From NCBI GenBank assembly GCA_016707525.1, contig JADJHP010000001.1:702103-766102 (forward strand): a stretch of 64,000 nt of DNA, read 5' to 3'. This document shows positions 9,838 through 18,704 of the stretch, piece by piece. The first letter of the stretch is position 1. Each line of letters starts with the position of its first letter. The notes beneath the pieces were generated by a model. It was not told the origin of the DNA, ran no database searches, and worked only from the letters and a program-made list of their open reading frames with translations. The translations under genes and the position numbers were made by a program. The stretch is from Ignavibacteriota bacterium (GTDB lineage: Bacteria; Bacteroidota; Ignavibacteria; UBA10030; UBA6906).

Positions 9838-10932
9838 TCAATCAAACATCACATGGAGCCAGATATCGCGCCCCGCATCGTGTGTGTGCATGTATGACGC
9901 TTCACTCACCGCCGCGGCCAGAGCACCCGACGGAAACGCGGGAACCCCACGGGGAGCGAGCACCGGTGCAATGAAGACACTCATCTCATCGATCATCCCT
10001 CCGGCCACGAACTGCCCGAAGACATCTGCCCCGCCTTCCACAAGCAGCGACCCGATGCCTTCATCATAGAGCACACCAAGGACCTTCCGGAGGTCGAGCC
10101 GCCCTTTCGTTGCATCGACAGCAAGCACCTGGACCCCTGCCCGCGCAAGGGCTACGGCACGGGCCCGGCGCTGGCGCAACGCTGACGGGGTCACAATGAC
10201 ATAGACCGTGCGTTTCTTCGAGGCGCGGATCAAGCGGGCGTCAGGAGAGAGAGTCAACTGACCATCGAGCACCACGACATGGGGATCATCGCCCGGCATG
10301 TCGCGCACCGTCAGCCGCGGGTCATCCACCCTCACGGTGTTCGCCCCGATGAGCACGGCATCGAAGTCGGTACGCATCGCATGCACGACACGGCGGGCTT
10401 CCGGCCCGGTGATCAGATCCCGGCCACCACCCCCCTTCGTGATCTTCCCGTCCAGCGTCTGTGCAACTTTGAGATGAACATACGGCCGATGCCGGGTAAC
10501 GGCCCGGACGAATCGGCGGTTGAGATCCGCAGCGTCACCTCCGAGCACGCCCACATCGACACGCTTGCCCGCTGTGCGGAGGATCGTGATACCCGCACCG
10601 GAGACCGCCGGGTTCGGGTCGACCATCGCAATGACGAACCGCTTGATCGGCGTCGATGCAAGCATCTGTGCACAGGGTGGCGTCTTGCCGTAATGACTGC
10701 ACGGCTCGAGGGTCACATACATCGTGGTGCCGGTGAGATCGCCGCGGTAGCGTGAGAGGCAATCCACTTCTGCATGCGCCCCACCGAAGTACCGATGATA
10801 CCCTCGTGCCACGATACGGCCTCCACGCACGAGGACCGCCCCCACCATCGGGTTCGGACTGACCGCCCGGTCGCCTTGCACGGCCAGATCGAGAGCGGCC
10901 GTCATGAACTTCTCATCAAGTGCTTTGCTCAT
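9838..10932 (-). CDS. ribD: Bifunctional riboflavin biosynthesis protein RibD (pyrimidine deaminase/reductase).
   Basis: CMP/dCMP deaminase zinc motifs HAEVDCL and EPCSHYGKTPPC. C-terminal RibD reductase domain (KVAQTLDGKI). Confidence 0.85.
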   Translation of the reverse strand: MSKALDEKFMTAALDLAVQGDRAVSPNPMVGAVLVRGGRIVARGYHRYFGGAHAEVDCLSRYRGDLTGTTMYVTLEPCSHYGKTPPCAQMLASTPIKRFVIAMVDPNPAVSGAGITILRTAGKRVDVGVLGGDAADLNRRFVRAVTRHRPYVHLKVAQTLDGKITKGGGGRDLITGPEARRVVHAMRTDFDAVLIGANTVRVDDPRLTVRDMPGDDPHVVVLDGQLTLSPDARLIRASKKRTVYVIVTPSALRQRRARAVALARAGVQVLAVDATKGRLDLRKVLGVLYDEGIGSLLVEGGADVFGQFVAGGMIDEMSVFIAPVLAPRGVPAFPSGALAAAVSEASYMHTHDAGRDIWLHVMFD

Positions 10933-12368
10933 CGTTTCACCGAGAATGTGAATACACTTCCTCTTGCAGGCTCGCTGGTCACACCGATCGTTCCTCCGTG
11001 TGCCTCGACGATATGCTTCACGATCGCAAGGCCAAGGCCCGTCCCTCCCACATCCCGCGACCGGTCCTTATCCACCCTGTAGAACCGCTCGAAGATCCTC
11101 TGGTGATGCTCCCCGGGGATGCCGATCCCCGAATCGGTCACCGAGATCTTCGCCTGGTCCTTTTCGAGCGCGACCCCGACACGGATCTTCCCGCCGGGCT
11201 CCGTATACTTCACCGCGTTCTCGATCAGGTTCACCATCACCTGCTTCAAGCGGTCGCGATCGCCCCAGACCCTGAGATCGGGCACTGCGGGGTATTCCGT
11301 GGTCAGCGAGATCTGTTTCCTCTCCGCCAGCGGCCGCATGTCCTCTTCCACGGCGTCAAGGAACTGGTTCAGCGCGAACCAGCGGAAGCTCATCTTCATT
11401 TCGCCGGATTCGATCCGGGAGATCTCGATCAGATCATTCAGGAGCGCGTTCAACCGTTCAGCATGCGTGTGGGCCTTCCCGAGGAATTCGCGGTTCACCG
11501 CGGGATCGTCGACGGCCCCATCCATCAGCGTTTCCAGGTATCCCTGGATCGAGAAGATGGGTGTGCGCAGTTCATGCGAAACGTTGCCGAGGAATTCCGT
11601 GCGCACGCGCTCGAGCTTCCGCTGTCGCTCCAGGTCCGCTCCCAGAGTCCGGGCCATTTCATTGATGCCCGCGGCGAGTGACGCGATCTCATCACCCCCC
11701 GTTTCCACAATGCGCGCATTCAGGTCCCCCTGCGTGATCGCGGCGGCCGTTCGCGCGATATGCTGGATGGGCCGCGTGATCCTCCCGGCAACATGCATGC
11801 TCACAACGGCAACGATCACCACGACGATGAACCCGATGATCCATACCATGGTCTGTACCTGGCCATCCAGGGCCCGCATATCGGCCACCGGAAGCGCCAG
11901 GCGCAGGACGCCGCCATCGAGAACATCTGCCCCCGGCATGGCGAGCCGGCGCGCCACGTAGACATATTCGTTCCCGTTGGTATGGCTGACCCTCCGGTCC
12001 GAACCCGTCCTGTGCGCGCGCGCCGCCTGCACCTCAGGCCGGAAGGCATGGTTCTCCAGGAAGCGGAGCGAGTCGCGCGGCACGACAGAATCGAATACCA
12101 CCCTGCCGTCGTGATCTATCACGGTCAGGCGCACCCCGATGGCAGCCGCCGACATCGACAGGATCGAATCCGTCGAAGCCCGGCCGTCACAGGGCAGCAG
12201 TCCCAGCTCCATCTGCCGTCCGAACAGCTCGGCCTGGGCCGCAAGGGTCCCGGTGCTTCGTGTGGTGATGAATTGGCGGATCTGCCAGGAGGAGATGAGA
12301 CTGACGAGGACGACACCTGCAACGGTAAGGGATATGTAGGTAACGGCGATTCGGGAGCGGAGTCTCAT
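10929..12368 (-). CDS. Sensor histidine kinase, PhoR-like, with periplasmic sensor and HAMP domain.
   Basis: Two TM segments flank a periplasmic domain. H-box VSHELRTPIFSIQGYLETL. HATPase_c G-boxes DSGIGIP and GGTGLGLAIVK. Confidence 0.8.
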   Translation of the reverse strand: MRLRSRIAVTYISLTVAGVVLVSLISSWQIRQFITTRSTGTLAAQAELFGRQMELGLLPCDGRASTDSILSMSAAAIGVRLTVIDHDGRVVFDSVVPRDSLRFLENHAFRPEVQAARAHRTGSDRRVSHTNGNEYVYVARRLAMPGADVLDGGVLRLALPVADMRALDGQVQTMVWIIGFIVVVIVAVVSMHVAGRITRPIQHIARTAAAITQGDLNARIVETGGDEIASLAAGINEMARTLGADLERQRKLERVRTEFLGNVSHELRTPIFSIQGYLETLMDGAVDDPAVNREFLGKAHTHAERLNALLNDLIEISRIESGEMKMSFRWFALNQFLDAVEEDMRPLAERKQISLTTEYPAVPDLRVWGDRDRLKQVMVNLIENAVKYTEPGGKIRVGVALEKDQAKISVTDSGIGIPGEHHQRIFERFYRVDKDRSRDVGGTGLGLAIVKHIVEAHGGTIGVTSEPARGSVFTFSVKR

Positions 12369-12377
12369 GGGGCGGGG

Positions 12378-13079
12378 TCAGGCTTTGAAGCGATAGCCGA
12401 CGCCCTTGATCGTTTCGATCACGTCGGCATCATCGCCCAATTTCTCGCGGACCTTCCGGATGTGCACGTCCACCGTCCGGTCGACCACGATCACCTGGCT
12501 CCCCCAGATCGTATTCAGGAGCATCTCGCGCGTGAAGACCTTCCCCGGGTGTGCGGCAAGCAGCGCCAGTATCTCGAACTCTTTACGGGGAAAGAACACA
12601 TCACGTTCCCCGATGCGGACGCTGTAACTCCTCCGGTCGATGGTCAGGCGGCCCTGGTGGATCGTCGGGGGCTCATTCGCATCGTCGCCGCTCTGTTCGC
12701 GCCGGCGCAATACCGCCTTCACGCGGGCAACGAGTTTCCGCGGACTGATGGGCTTCTGGATGTAGTCGTCGGCTCCGAGCTCGAGCCCTTCCACTTCGTC
12801 CACCTCGCGCGAACTCGCCGTGAGAAAGATCACCGGAATGCCGGCGGTCCCGGGCGTGGTCTTGAGCTTCTTGCACGTGGCAAAGCCGTCCAGCACGGGC
12901 ATCATCAGGTCCAGGATCACCAACGCGGTGCCGTTCCCTGCCTGGGCAAGAGCTTCCTTCCCGTTGTAGGCCGTCGCAACCTCATACCCTTCTTTGGTGA
13001 GGTTATACCGGATCAACTCAACGATGTCCCGCTCATCGTCGACGACGAGAATCCGCTTTGGGTCCGGGGCCGTGCTCAT
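12378..13079 (-). CDS. OmpR/PhoB-family response regulator.
   Basis: Receiver domain ILVVDDE...LDLMMP. Winged-helix trans_reg_C (GYRF C-terminus). Confidence 0.85.
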   Translation of the reverse strand: MSTAPDPKRILVVDDERDIVELIRYNLTKEGYEVATAYNGKEALAQAGNGTALVILDLMMPVLDGFATCKKLKTTPGTAGIPVIFLTASSREVDEVEGLELGADDYIQKPISPRKLVARVKAVLRRREQSGDDANEPPTIHQGRLTIDRRSYSVRIGERDVFFPRKEFEILALLAAHPGKVFTREMLLNTIWGSQVIVVDRTVDVHIRKVREKLGDDADVIETIKGVGYRFKA

Positions 13080-14083
13080 GGCGTGACAGCGACCTCTTTC
13101 CCCTTCTTGGCGGAGCGGTACACGGCATCGACGACGCGCATCCGTTGCACCGCTTCCTCGCCTGTGGAGATCACCGGGTGCAGGTCCTTCACCGCTCCCA
13201 GGAAGTGTTTCAATTCGTTCTCGTACGAACGCTTGAAGAGCTGATGCCCGGAGTCGATCTTTGCCGGGGCAAGGTTCACAAGGTTCCCGTGCAGCTCCTT
13301 ATTGATCTTCAGCGGTGAAAGAGACGCACTGCCTTCCGCACCGTGGAGGTAGCAATAATAGACATCCTCATCAAGGCACATCGACCAGCTCACCTCGATG
13401 TTGACCGTCGCACCCGTGTTCAGGACGAGGCTCACCACCGATGTATCCTCGACCTGCTTCGTACGGTTCTTATAATTCGCGGCGTTGAGGCGCACGACCT
13501 GGGGATACCCGAGCATCCAGAGCGCCATGTCGAGCATCACGATGCCCAGATCGATGAACACGCCACCGCCCGACTTTTCCCGCTGGGTCAGCCACGCGCG
13601 ATCGAGATCGTATTTCCGGAGCCACCCGACACGTGCGTAGTAGATCTTGCCCAGTTCCTTCCCCTCGATGAAGCTCTTCAGGATCATGGTATCCGGCCGG
13701 AACCGGTGATTCATGCCGACCATGAGTTTCCGCTTCGACTCGCGCGCCGCGGCAGCGATCGCTTCGGCTTCTGCATACGTCCGCGCGATCGGCTTCTCCA
13801 CGAGCACATCCTTGCCGGCCTTCAGCGAGGCCACGGCCACCTCCTGATGGGCATTCGTGGACGTGCACACGATGACGGCGTCGAGCCCTTCCATCGCGAG
13901 CATCTGGTTGAGGTCCGTGAACTGGTTCTTGATCCCGAACTTCTCACCGACCAGGCGCACCTTGGCCTTGTCCTTATCGCAAATGGCCACGACCTCTGCT
14001 TCCGGGAGCTTCATCAGGATGGGGAGATGGATCACCTGGGCGACCCAACCGACCCCGACGATGCCGATGCGCACTTTTTCCAT
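13076..14083 (-). CDS. Gfo/Idh/MocA family NAD(P)-dependent oxidoreductase.
   Basis: Rossmann start RIGIVGVGWVAQVIHLP; GFO/IDH/MOCA N- and C-domain architecture. Confidence 0.75.
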   Translation of the reverse strand: MEKVRIGIVGVGWVAQVIHLPILMKLPEAEVVAICDKDKAKVRLVGEKFGIKNQFTDLNQMLAMEGLDAVIVCTSTNAHQEVAVASLKAGKDVLVEKPIARTYAEAEAIAAAARESKRKLMVGMNHRFRPDTMILKSFIEGKELGKIYYARVGWLRKYDLDRAWLTQREKSGGGVFIDLGIVMLDMALWMLGYPQVVRLNAANYKNRTKQVEDTSVVSLVLNTGATVNIEVSWSMCLDEDVYYCYLHGAEGSASLSPLKINKELHGNLVNLAPAKIDSGHQLFKRSYENELKHFLGAVKDLHPVISTGEEAVQRMRVVDAVYRSAKKGKEVAVTP

Positions 14084-14086
14084 ATT

Positions 14087-16002
14087 CTATCCGACGGTGA
14101 GTGAGGATGAGGGATGAAGGACCGAGCGGACGACCGCTGCGATCCCGGGGCCATCCAACCCGAGTTCATCAGCAAGTTCCGCAGGAGATCCGTGGTCTAC
14201 GAAACGGTCAGGGATGCCGTGCATCGTAAGGCGGGTACCCGCATGACCGGCTGCTGCGACGAATTCGCTGACCGCGCCGCCAAATCCGCCCAGGACAGAG
14301 TTGTTCTCGACCGTGACGATGGCCTTGAACCGCGAGAGAATGTCGTCCAGCAACGCCCCGTCCAGCGGCTTCACAAAGCGCATGTTCACGACCTCGCATT
14401 CGATGCCTTCATGCGCCAATGCCGTCGCCGCCTGCAACGACGGCGCAACCATGTCTCCGATCGCCAGGATCGCGACATCCTTCCCGGTCCGGAGGATCTC
14501 CCCTTTGCCGACCGGCAACAATGTGAAATCCGGCTTCAGGGGCACACCCAGACCGTTGCCGCGTGGATAGCGTATCGCCACCGGCCCGCCCGTATGCTTC
14601 ACGGCGGTGTACAGCATGTCCCGCAATTCGCTCTCATCCTTCGGCGCCATGATCACCATGCCCGGAATGGGGCGCAAATAGCTCAGGTCGAACACGCCGT
14701 GATGCGTCGGGCCGTCGGCCCCGACCACCCCCGCTCGGTCAAGAGCGAAGATCACGTGCAGATGCTGCAACGCCACATCGTGGATGATCTGATCGAACGC
14801 ACGTTGGAGGAACGATGAGTAGATCGCAACGATCGGGATCGCACCCTGGGTGGCGAGTCCCGCAGCGAAGGTCACGCCGTGCTGCTCCGCGATCCCGACA
14901 TCATAGAAACGTTCGGGCATCTCACGCTGCAATTGGTCGAGGCCGGTCCCATCCGGCATCGCCGCGGTCATCGCAACAAGGTTCGGTGTCTGCCGGGCAA
15001 GGTCGACCACCGCGGTACCGAACACTTTGGTGTACGCCGGCGGCCCGCTGGCTTTCTTCGGCGACACGCCCGTCACCTTGTCGAACGGTGTCACACCGTG
15101 CAGCCGCTGTTCGTCCAGCTCGGCGGGACGATACCCCTTCCCCTTCTGCGTGATCGCATGGACGAGGATCGGTCCCGACAGGTCCTTCACCTCCTGAAAG
15201 ATACGGACGAGCTGCGCCATGTTGTGGCCATTGATGGGTCCGAAGTATCGGAAACCCAGGGCCTCGAAGAGCATGCCCGGCGTGATGATGACCTTGATGC
15301 CTTCTTCGAGCCGCGCCGTCACGCGGCGGATCCGGTCGCCCCACTGTCCAGCTTGCCCGTGAGATCGTACACATTCTTCTTGAAACGGTTGTAGCGCGGA
15401 TCGGCGATCAGCTCGGTGAAATAGTTCGAGATCGCCCAGACGTTCGGGGCGATGGACATGTTGTTGTCGTTCAACACGACGATCATGTCCTTCTTCATGA
15501 AGCCGGCATTGTTCATCCCTTCATACACCATGCCGCCGGTCATGGAGCCGTCGCCGACGATCGCCACAACTTTGTACTTCTTGCCGGACGTTTCCCGTGC
15601 GGCGACCATACCGACGGCGGCCGAGATGGCCGTACTGGCGTGGCCAGCACCGAAGGTGTCGTATTCGCTCTCCGAACGCTTGAGGAAGCCGCTCAGTCCG
15701 TTGTACTGGCGGATCGTATGGAGCCGGTCCTTGCGGCCGGTGAGGATCTTGTGCGGATAGGCCTGATGCCCGACATCCCACACCAATTTGTCGTACGGTG
15801 TGTTGAACACATAGTGCAGGGCAACGGACAACTCCACAGCGCCCAGACCGGCACCAAGGTGCCCCCCCGTCCTGGAGATGACCTCGATGAGGAATTCCCG
15901 CACATCGTTGCTGAGGCCTTTGAGTTCAGGGACCGTGAATCCGCGGAAATCCGCGGGCACGTTCACCCTGTCAAGGTACGGATATGATTGCTGACCGCTC
16001 AT
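14087..16002 (-). CDS. dxs: 1-deoxy-D-xylulose-5-phosphate synthase, interrupted by a 1-nt frameshift near 15320 (N-terminal 227 aa and C-terminal 411 aa in different frames).
   Basis: N-terminal ORF has the TPP-binding region GHLGAGLGAVELSVALHYVF and GDGSMTGGMVYEGMNNAG. C-terminal ORF (GTG start overlapping the first ORF's TGA) carries the transketolase pyrimidine and C-terminal domains. Both parts belong to one Dxs. Confidence 0.8.
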
Positions 16003-16244
16003 TCCTGTTCTTCATCCATCAATGTGAGTTTCCCGTCGAGGTCCTTGTTCAGCTTCTTCAGGGTCGTTTCCGCGCGCGTAAGTTTCTCCGCGCAGACCCT
16101 GGAAAGCTGGATCCCTTCCTCGTACAGGCGCAGGGAGTCCTCCAATGGAACATCTCCCTGCTCCAGCTGGTTCACAATTTCCTCCAACCGGTGCAAAGAT
16201 TCTTCGAACGAACCCTTCCCGGCGGCGGGCTTCTTTCCGGCCAT
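15999..16244 (-). CDS. xseB: Exodeoxyribonuclease VII small subunit.
   Basis: 81 aa, SFEESLHRLEEIVNQLEQGDVPLEDSLRLYEEG matches the XseB family. 4-bp overlap with dxs. Confidence 0.85.
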   Translation of the reverse strand: MAGKKPAAGKGSFEESLHRLEEIVNQLEQGDVPLEDSLRLYEEGIQLSRVCAEKLTRAETTLKKLNKDLDGKLTLMDEEQE

Positions 16245-16245
16245 C

Positions 16246-17436
16246 TTAGATATCCGTTATGGTAGAGCGGACAGTCCCATCCGCGAATTCGATCTCGACC
16301 GCATCATCGACGGCGATACCCTTCCGTTTTCCCGTGATCCTCCCCTGTTTCCGGACGATCGCATATCCGCGTTTCAGGACGGACCGGGGATCCAACGCAT
16401 TCAGGCGCTCGGTCGTTCCGCGGGCTCGTGCGGCGGTGAGTTCAAACAGGTGGGAAAGGGACGTTGACATGGAGCGGGTCAGTTCATCCAGATGCTGGCT
16501 ATGCCGGGCGAGCAGGTCCACAGGCCTGTTCAGAGCGTAACTCTTGAGCATCTGCTGGATGTGGCGCCTGTGGAGTGCGATCCGGTCCTCGATGGCACTC
16601 GACATAGTATACCGAGAATTCTCCAGAAGTTCAATCAGTGCCCGCCGGTCGGGAACCGACATCTCCGCCGCCGCCGTGGGGGTCGGGGCGCGGAGATCCG
16701 CCACGAAATCCGCAATGGTGACATCCACCTCGTGCCCGACACCGCTCACGATGGGGATCCGGGATCCTGCGATCGCCCGGGCCACGATCTCCTCGTTGAA
16801 GGGCCAGAGATCCTCGAGCGACCCCCCGCCGCGGGCCAGGATGATAAGATCAAGTCCGCCGAGCCGGTTCAGATCAGCGATCGCCTCCGCTATGTCCTGC
16901 CCCGCCCCCGCACCTTGCACCCGGGTGGGCCGGAACACGAGCGATGCCACCGGATACCGCCTCCGGAACACATGCAGCATATCATGGAGGACCGCCCCCG
17001 TCGGCGAGGTGATCAGTCCGATCTGTTCGGGATATGGCGGAAGCGGACGCTTCCGCCCGGGATCGAACAGCCCTTCCTCCATCAGCTTCCGTTTCAGTTC
17101 CTCAAAAGCCTGCTGCAGGTCCCCGGCACCAAGGGTCCGCATCGACGTCACATCGACCTGATAGGTCCCACGAACCTCATACACCGTGATACGGCCCTGG
17201 ACCACGACCTTCTGGCCGTCGGCCGGGCGGAACTTCAGCGTGGGGACGCGACTTCGCCACATCACGCCGGAAAGTTGGGCCGCTTCGTCTTTCAACGTGA
17301 AGTAGAGGTGCCCGGAAGAATGGAGTTTCACATTGGAGAGTTCGCCAACGATGGCCAGCGACGGGAACGTCCGCTCAAGGGACAACTTGATACGCTGTGT
17401 CAGCGCGCTGACGCTGAGTGGTGCCTGGTCCGCCAT
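16246..17436 (-). CDS. xseA: Exodeoxyribonuclease VII large subunit.
   Basis: OB-fold N-terminus (VWISGEISN-like ...IVGELSNVKLHSSGHLYFTLKD) and catalytic core. ATG at 17436; the track ORF starts at an upstream TTG (17466). Confidence 0.8.
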   Translation of the reverse strand: MADQAPLSVSALTQRIKLSLERTFPSLAIVGELSNVKLHSSGHLYFTLKDEAAQLSGVMWRSRVPTLKFRPADGQKVVVQGRITVYEVRGTYQVDVTSMRTLGAGDLQQAFEELKRKLMEEGLFDPGRKRPLPPYPEQIGLITSPTGAVLHDMLHVFRRRYPVASLVFRPTRVQGAGAGQDIAEAIADLNRLGGLDLIILARGGGSLEDLWPFNEEIVARAIAGSRIPIVSGVGHEVDVTIADFVADLRAPTPTAAAEMSVPDRRALIELLENSRYTMSSAIEDRIALHRRHIQQMLKSYALNRPVDLLARHSQHLDELTRSMSTSLSHLFELTAARARGTTERLNALDPRSVLKRGYAIVRKQGRITGKRKGIAVDDAVEIEFADGTVRSTITDI

Positions 17437-17545
17437 GAAGCCCCTGACGTGGATCGGTGTTGGCAAATGCGAGTGGGCGCAATATAGGAAAAATCAGACG
17501 AAAGCACACATTGAATCCGATCCCCGAAGGCCGTATATTTATCGC

Positions 17546-18265
17546 ATGAATATTGACATTCTTGCCATAGGTGCCCACCCCGACGATGTCGAATTGTCGT
17601 GCGGTGGCACCCTCATCAAGGCGGTCCGGCAGGGCCGGCGGGTGGGCATTGTTGACGTTACCGAAGGCGAACTCGGAACGCGCGGCAGCCGTGAGATCCG
17701 TGCCATGGAAGCGGAGAACGCTGCGAAGGCTATCGGCGTGCACTACCGCACCAATCTCCGCATCCCCGATGGGAACATCGAAAAGACGCCGGAGAATGTT
17801 CTCCGGCTTGTGACGGTGATCCGGGAAGTGCGACCGCACGTCCTTCTCATCCCCCACTCCATCGACCGCCATCCCGACCATGAAAGCTCCCATGCGCTCT
17901 GCCGCAAGGCGTGGTTCGATGCGGGATTGCGCCGGGTCGAGACTTCGCTCGACGGCAACCCGCAGGAATCGTTCCGCCCGCGCGCGGTGTATCATTACAT
18001 GCAGTGGCACGAGTTCCAGCCGTCGTTCATCGTGGACGTCAGCGACACCTATGAAGCTCGCGTCGAGGCGATGCGCGCGTACCGATCGCAATTCTACGAT
18101 CCCAACAGCGATGAACCCGGCACGGTGCTGAGTACACCGGCGTTCCTCGAAATGGTGCGTACGCGCCTCGAGTACTACGGCGACAAGATCGGCGTACAGT
18201 ACGGCGAAGCGTTCTATTCACCCGCGCCGTTGGCCATCCCGGACATCTTCACACTGAATACCTGA
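17546..18265 (+). CDS. bshB1: PIG-L/LmbE-family N-acetylglucosaminyl deacetylase, BshB1-like (bacillithiol biosynthesis).
   Basis: MNIDILAIGAHPDDVELSCGGT...HSIDRHPDHESSH closely parallels B. subtilis BshB1. The track ORF begins earlier (17333), but the conserved protein starts at MNIDIL. Confidence 0.7.
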   Translation: MNIDILAIGAHPDDVELSCGGTLIKAVRQGRRVGIVDVTEGELGTRGSREIRAMEAENAAKAIGVHYRTNLRIPDGNIEKTPENVLRLVTVIREVRPHVLLIPHSIDRHPDHESSHALCRKAWFDAGLRRVETSLDGNPQESFRPRAVYHYMQWHEFQPSFIVDVSDTYEARVEAMRAYRSQFYDPNSDEPGTVLSTPAFLEMVRTRLEYYGDKIGVQYGEAFYSPAPLAIPDIFTLNT

Positions 18266-18266
18266 T

Positions 18267-18704
18267 ATGCCGTCCCTGCACCCCATGCTTGTCCACTTTC
18301 CGGTGGCGCTCCTCACGGTAGGATGGCTCGCGGACCTTTTCGCGTACGTTCGGGGGAGGAAACAAGGAAGCGTTGTAGGGTGGTGGAACGCGGTCGCGGG
18401 AACAGCAGGAGTGCTGGCATCGGCTGCCAGTGGCCTCATGGCAAAGAGTGCCGCGGGTGCGCTGCCGGTGATGCCGGCAGCGGCCCTGTCAGATCATGAA
18501 CAACTCGCCTTCGCCTCGTCCGTGGCATTCCTCCTGCTCACCGGGTGGCGGTTCTCGTGCCGGCGCGAGCTCCCGCCGGGATCACCGCAACTCTTCCTTC
18601 TTCTCACCGGCGCGGCTCTCCTCCTGCTCTGGATCACGGCGCACATCGGTGGCACTCTCGTGCACGAATTCGGCGTCGGGGTCATCGCTGCTCCCCGACC
18701 GTAA
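18267..18704 (+). CDS. DUF2231-like membrane protein (4 TM).
   Basis: N-terminal HPMLVHFPVALL motif and four predicted TM helices. Family assignment is from memory. Confidence 0.45.
   Translation: MPSLHPMLVHFPVALLTVGWLADLFAYVRGRKQGSVVGWWNAVAGTAGVLASAASGLMAKSAAGALPVMPAAALSDHEQLAFASSVAFLLLTGWRFSCRRELPPGSPQLFLLLTGAALLLLWITAHIGGTLVHEFGVGVIAAPRP

Noticed and set aside
17333-17545. Upstream extension of the bshB1 ORF (track start 17333)
   Set aside because: The extension overlaps the xseA 5' end and is not conserved. The conserved LmbE-family N-terminus begins at MNIDILAIGAHPDD (17546).
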